In this document: one piece after another, positions 55,344 through 55,344 of the stretch | Layout of the letters: every line of letters begins with the position of its first letter | How positions within the stretch are numbered: position 1 is the stretch's first letter | IMG/VR virus record: IMGVR_UViG_3300007523_000006 | Coordinates: 62,001-117,344 of that record | Length of the DNA: 55,344 bases | From: an uncultured virus (IMG/VR IMGVR_UViG_3300007523_000006) | Lineage: Duplodnaviria; Heunggongvirae; Uroviricota; Caudoviricetes | Direction: 5' to 3' (one strand) | Program-made: the position numbers and the translations under genes | Notes under the pieces: generated by a model | The model's database searches: none | The model's input: only the letters and a program-made list of their open reading frames with translations | What the model was told of the DNA's origin: nothing

Positions 55344-55344
55344 C

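Noticed and set aside
1..55344. Genome-wide alternative genetic code (TAG = Gln)
   Set aside because: Long conserved genes are intact in code 11, and several genes end plausibly at TAG (uvsW, 27733 just before a tRNA). No CTA-anticodon tRNA was seen. Only two isolated cases were kept as findings.

Overview
This window looks like a 55-kb segment of a large (jumbo) T4-like phage genome. Core phage genes include gp46/gp47 (SbcCD-like), UvsW helicase, a Dda/RecD-like helicase, a Holliday junction resolvase, class II ribonucleotide reductase, CTP synthase, collagen-like fibre proteins and a glycosyltransferase cluster. The EF-Tu has the Planctomycetota-type effector loop, which suggests a planctomycete host (inference). 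The main theme is a translation-rescue toolkit. (1) A ribosome-controlled transcription attenuator at 17783-17936, missed by the ORF track, has a 26-codon leader dense in Leu/Ser/Tyr/Phe codons. It sits upstream of a run of Tyr, Phe-like and Leu tRNA genes, AlkB and EF-Tu. (2) Four tRNA-Leu genes lack the long variable arm, and three canonical tRNA-Leu genes are also present. (3) A stand-alone RNA of about 195 nt mimics the 23S rRNA GTPase-associated centre (H42-H44), including a co-varied base triple. (4) There is also a compact RNase P RNA, a ThrRS without its editing domain and an internally deleted LeuRS remnant. Other points of note are a 35-bp repeat expansion splitting a gene, a mini gp23 capsid fragment, and T4-late-like TAnATA-N4-ATG starts on putative internal head proteins. 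All calls come from manual reading and remembered family motifs. No database searches or folding programs were run, so novelty is unverified.
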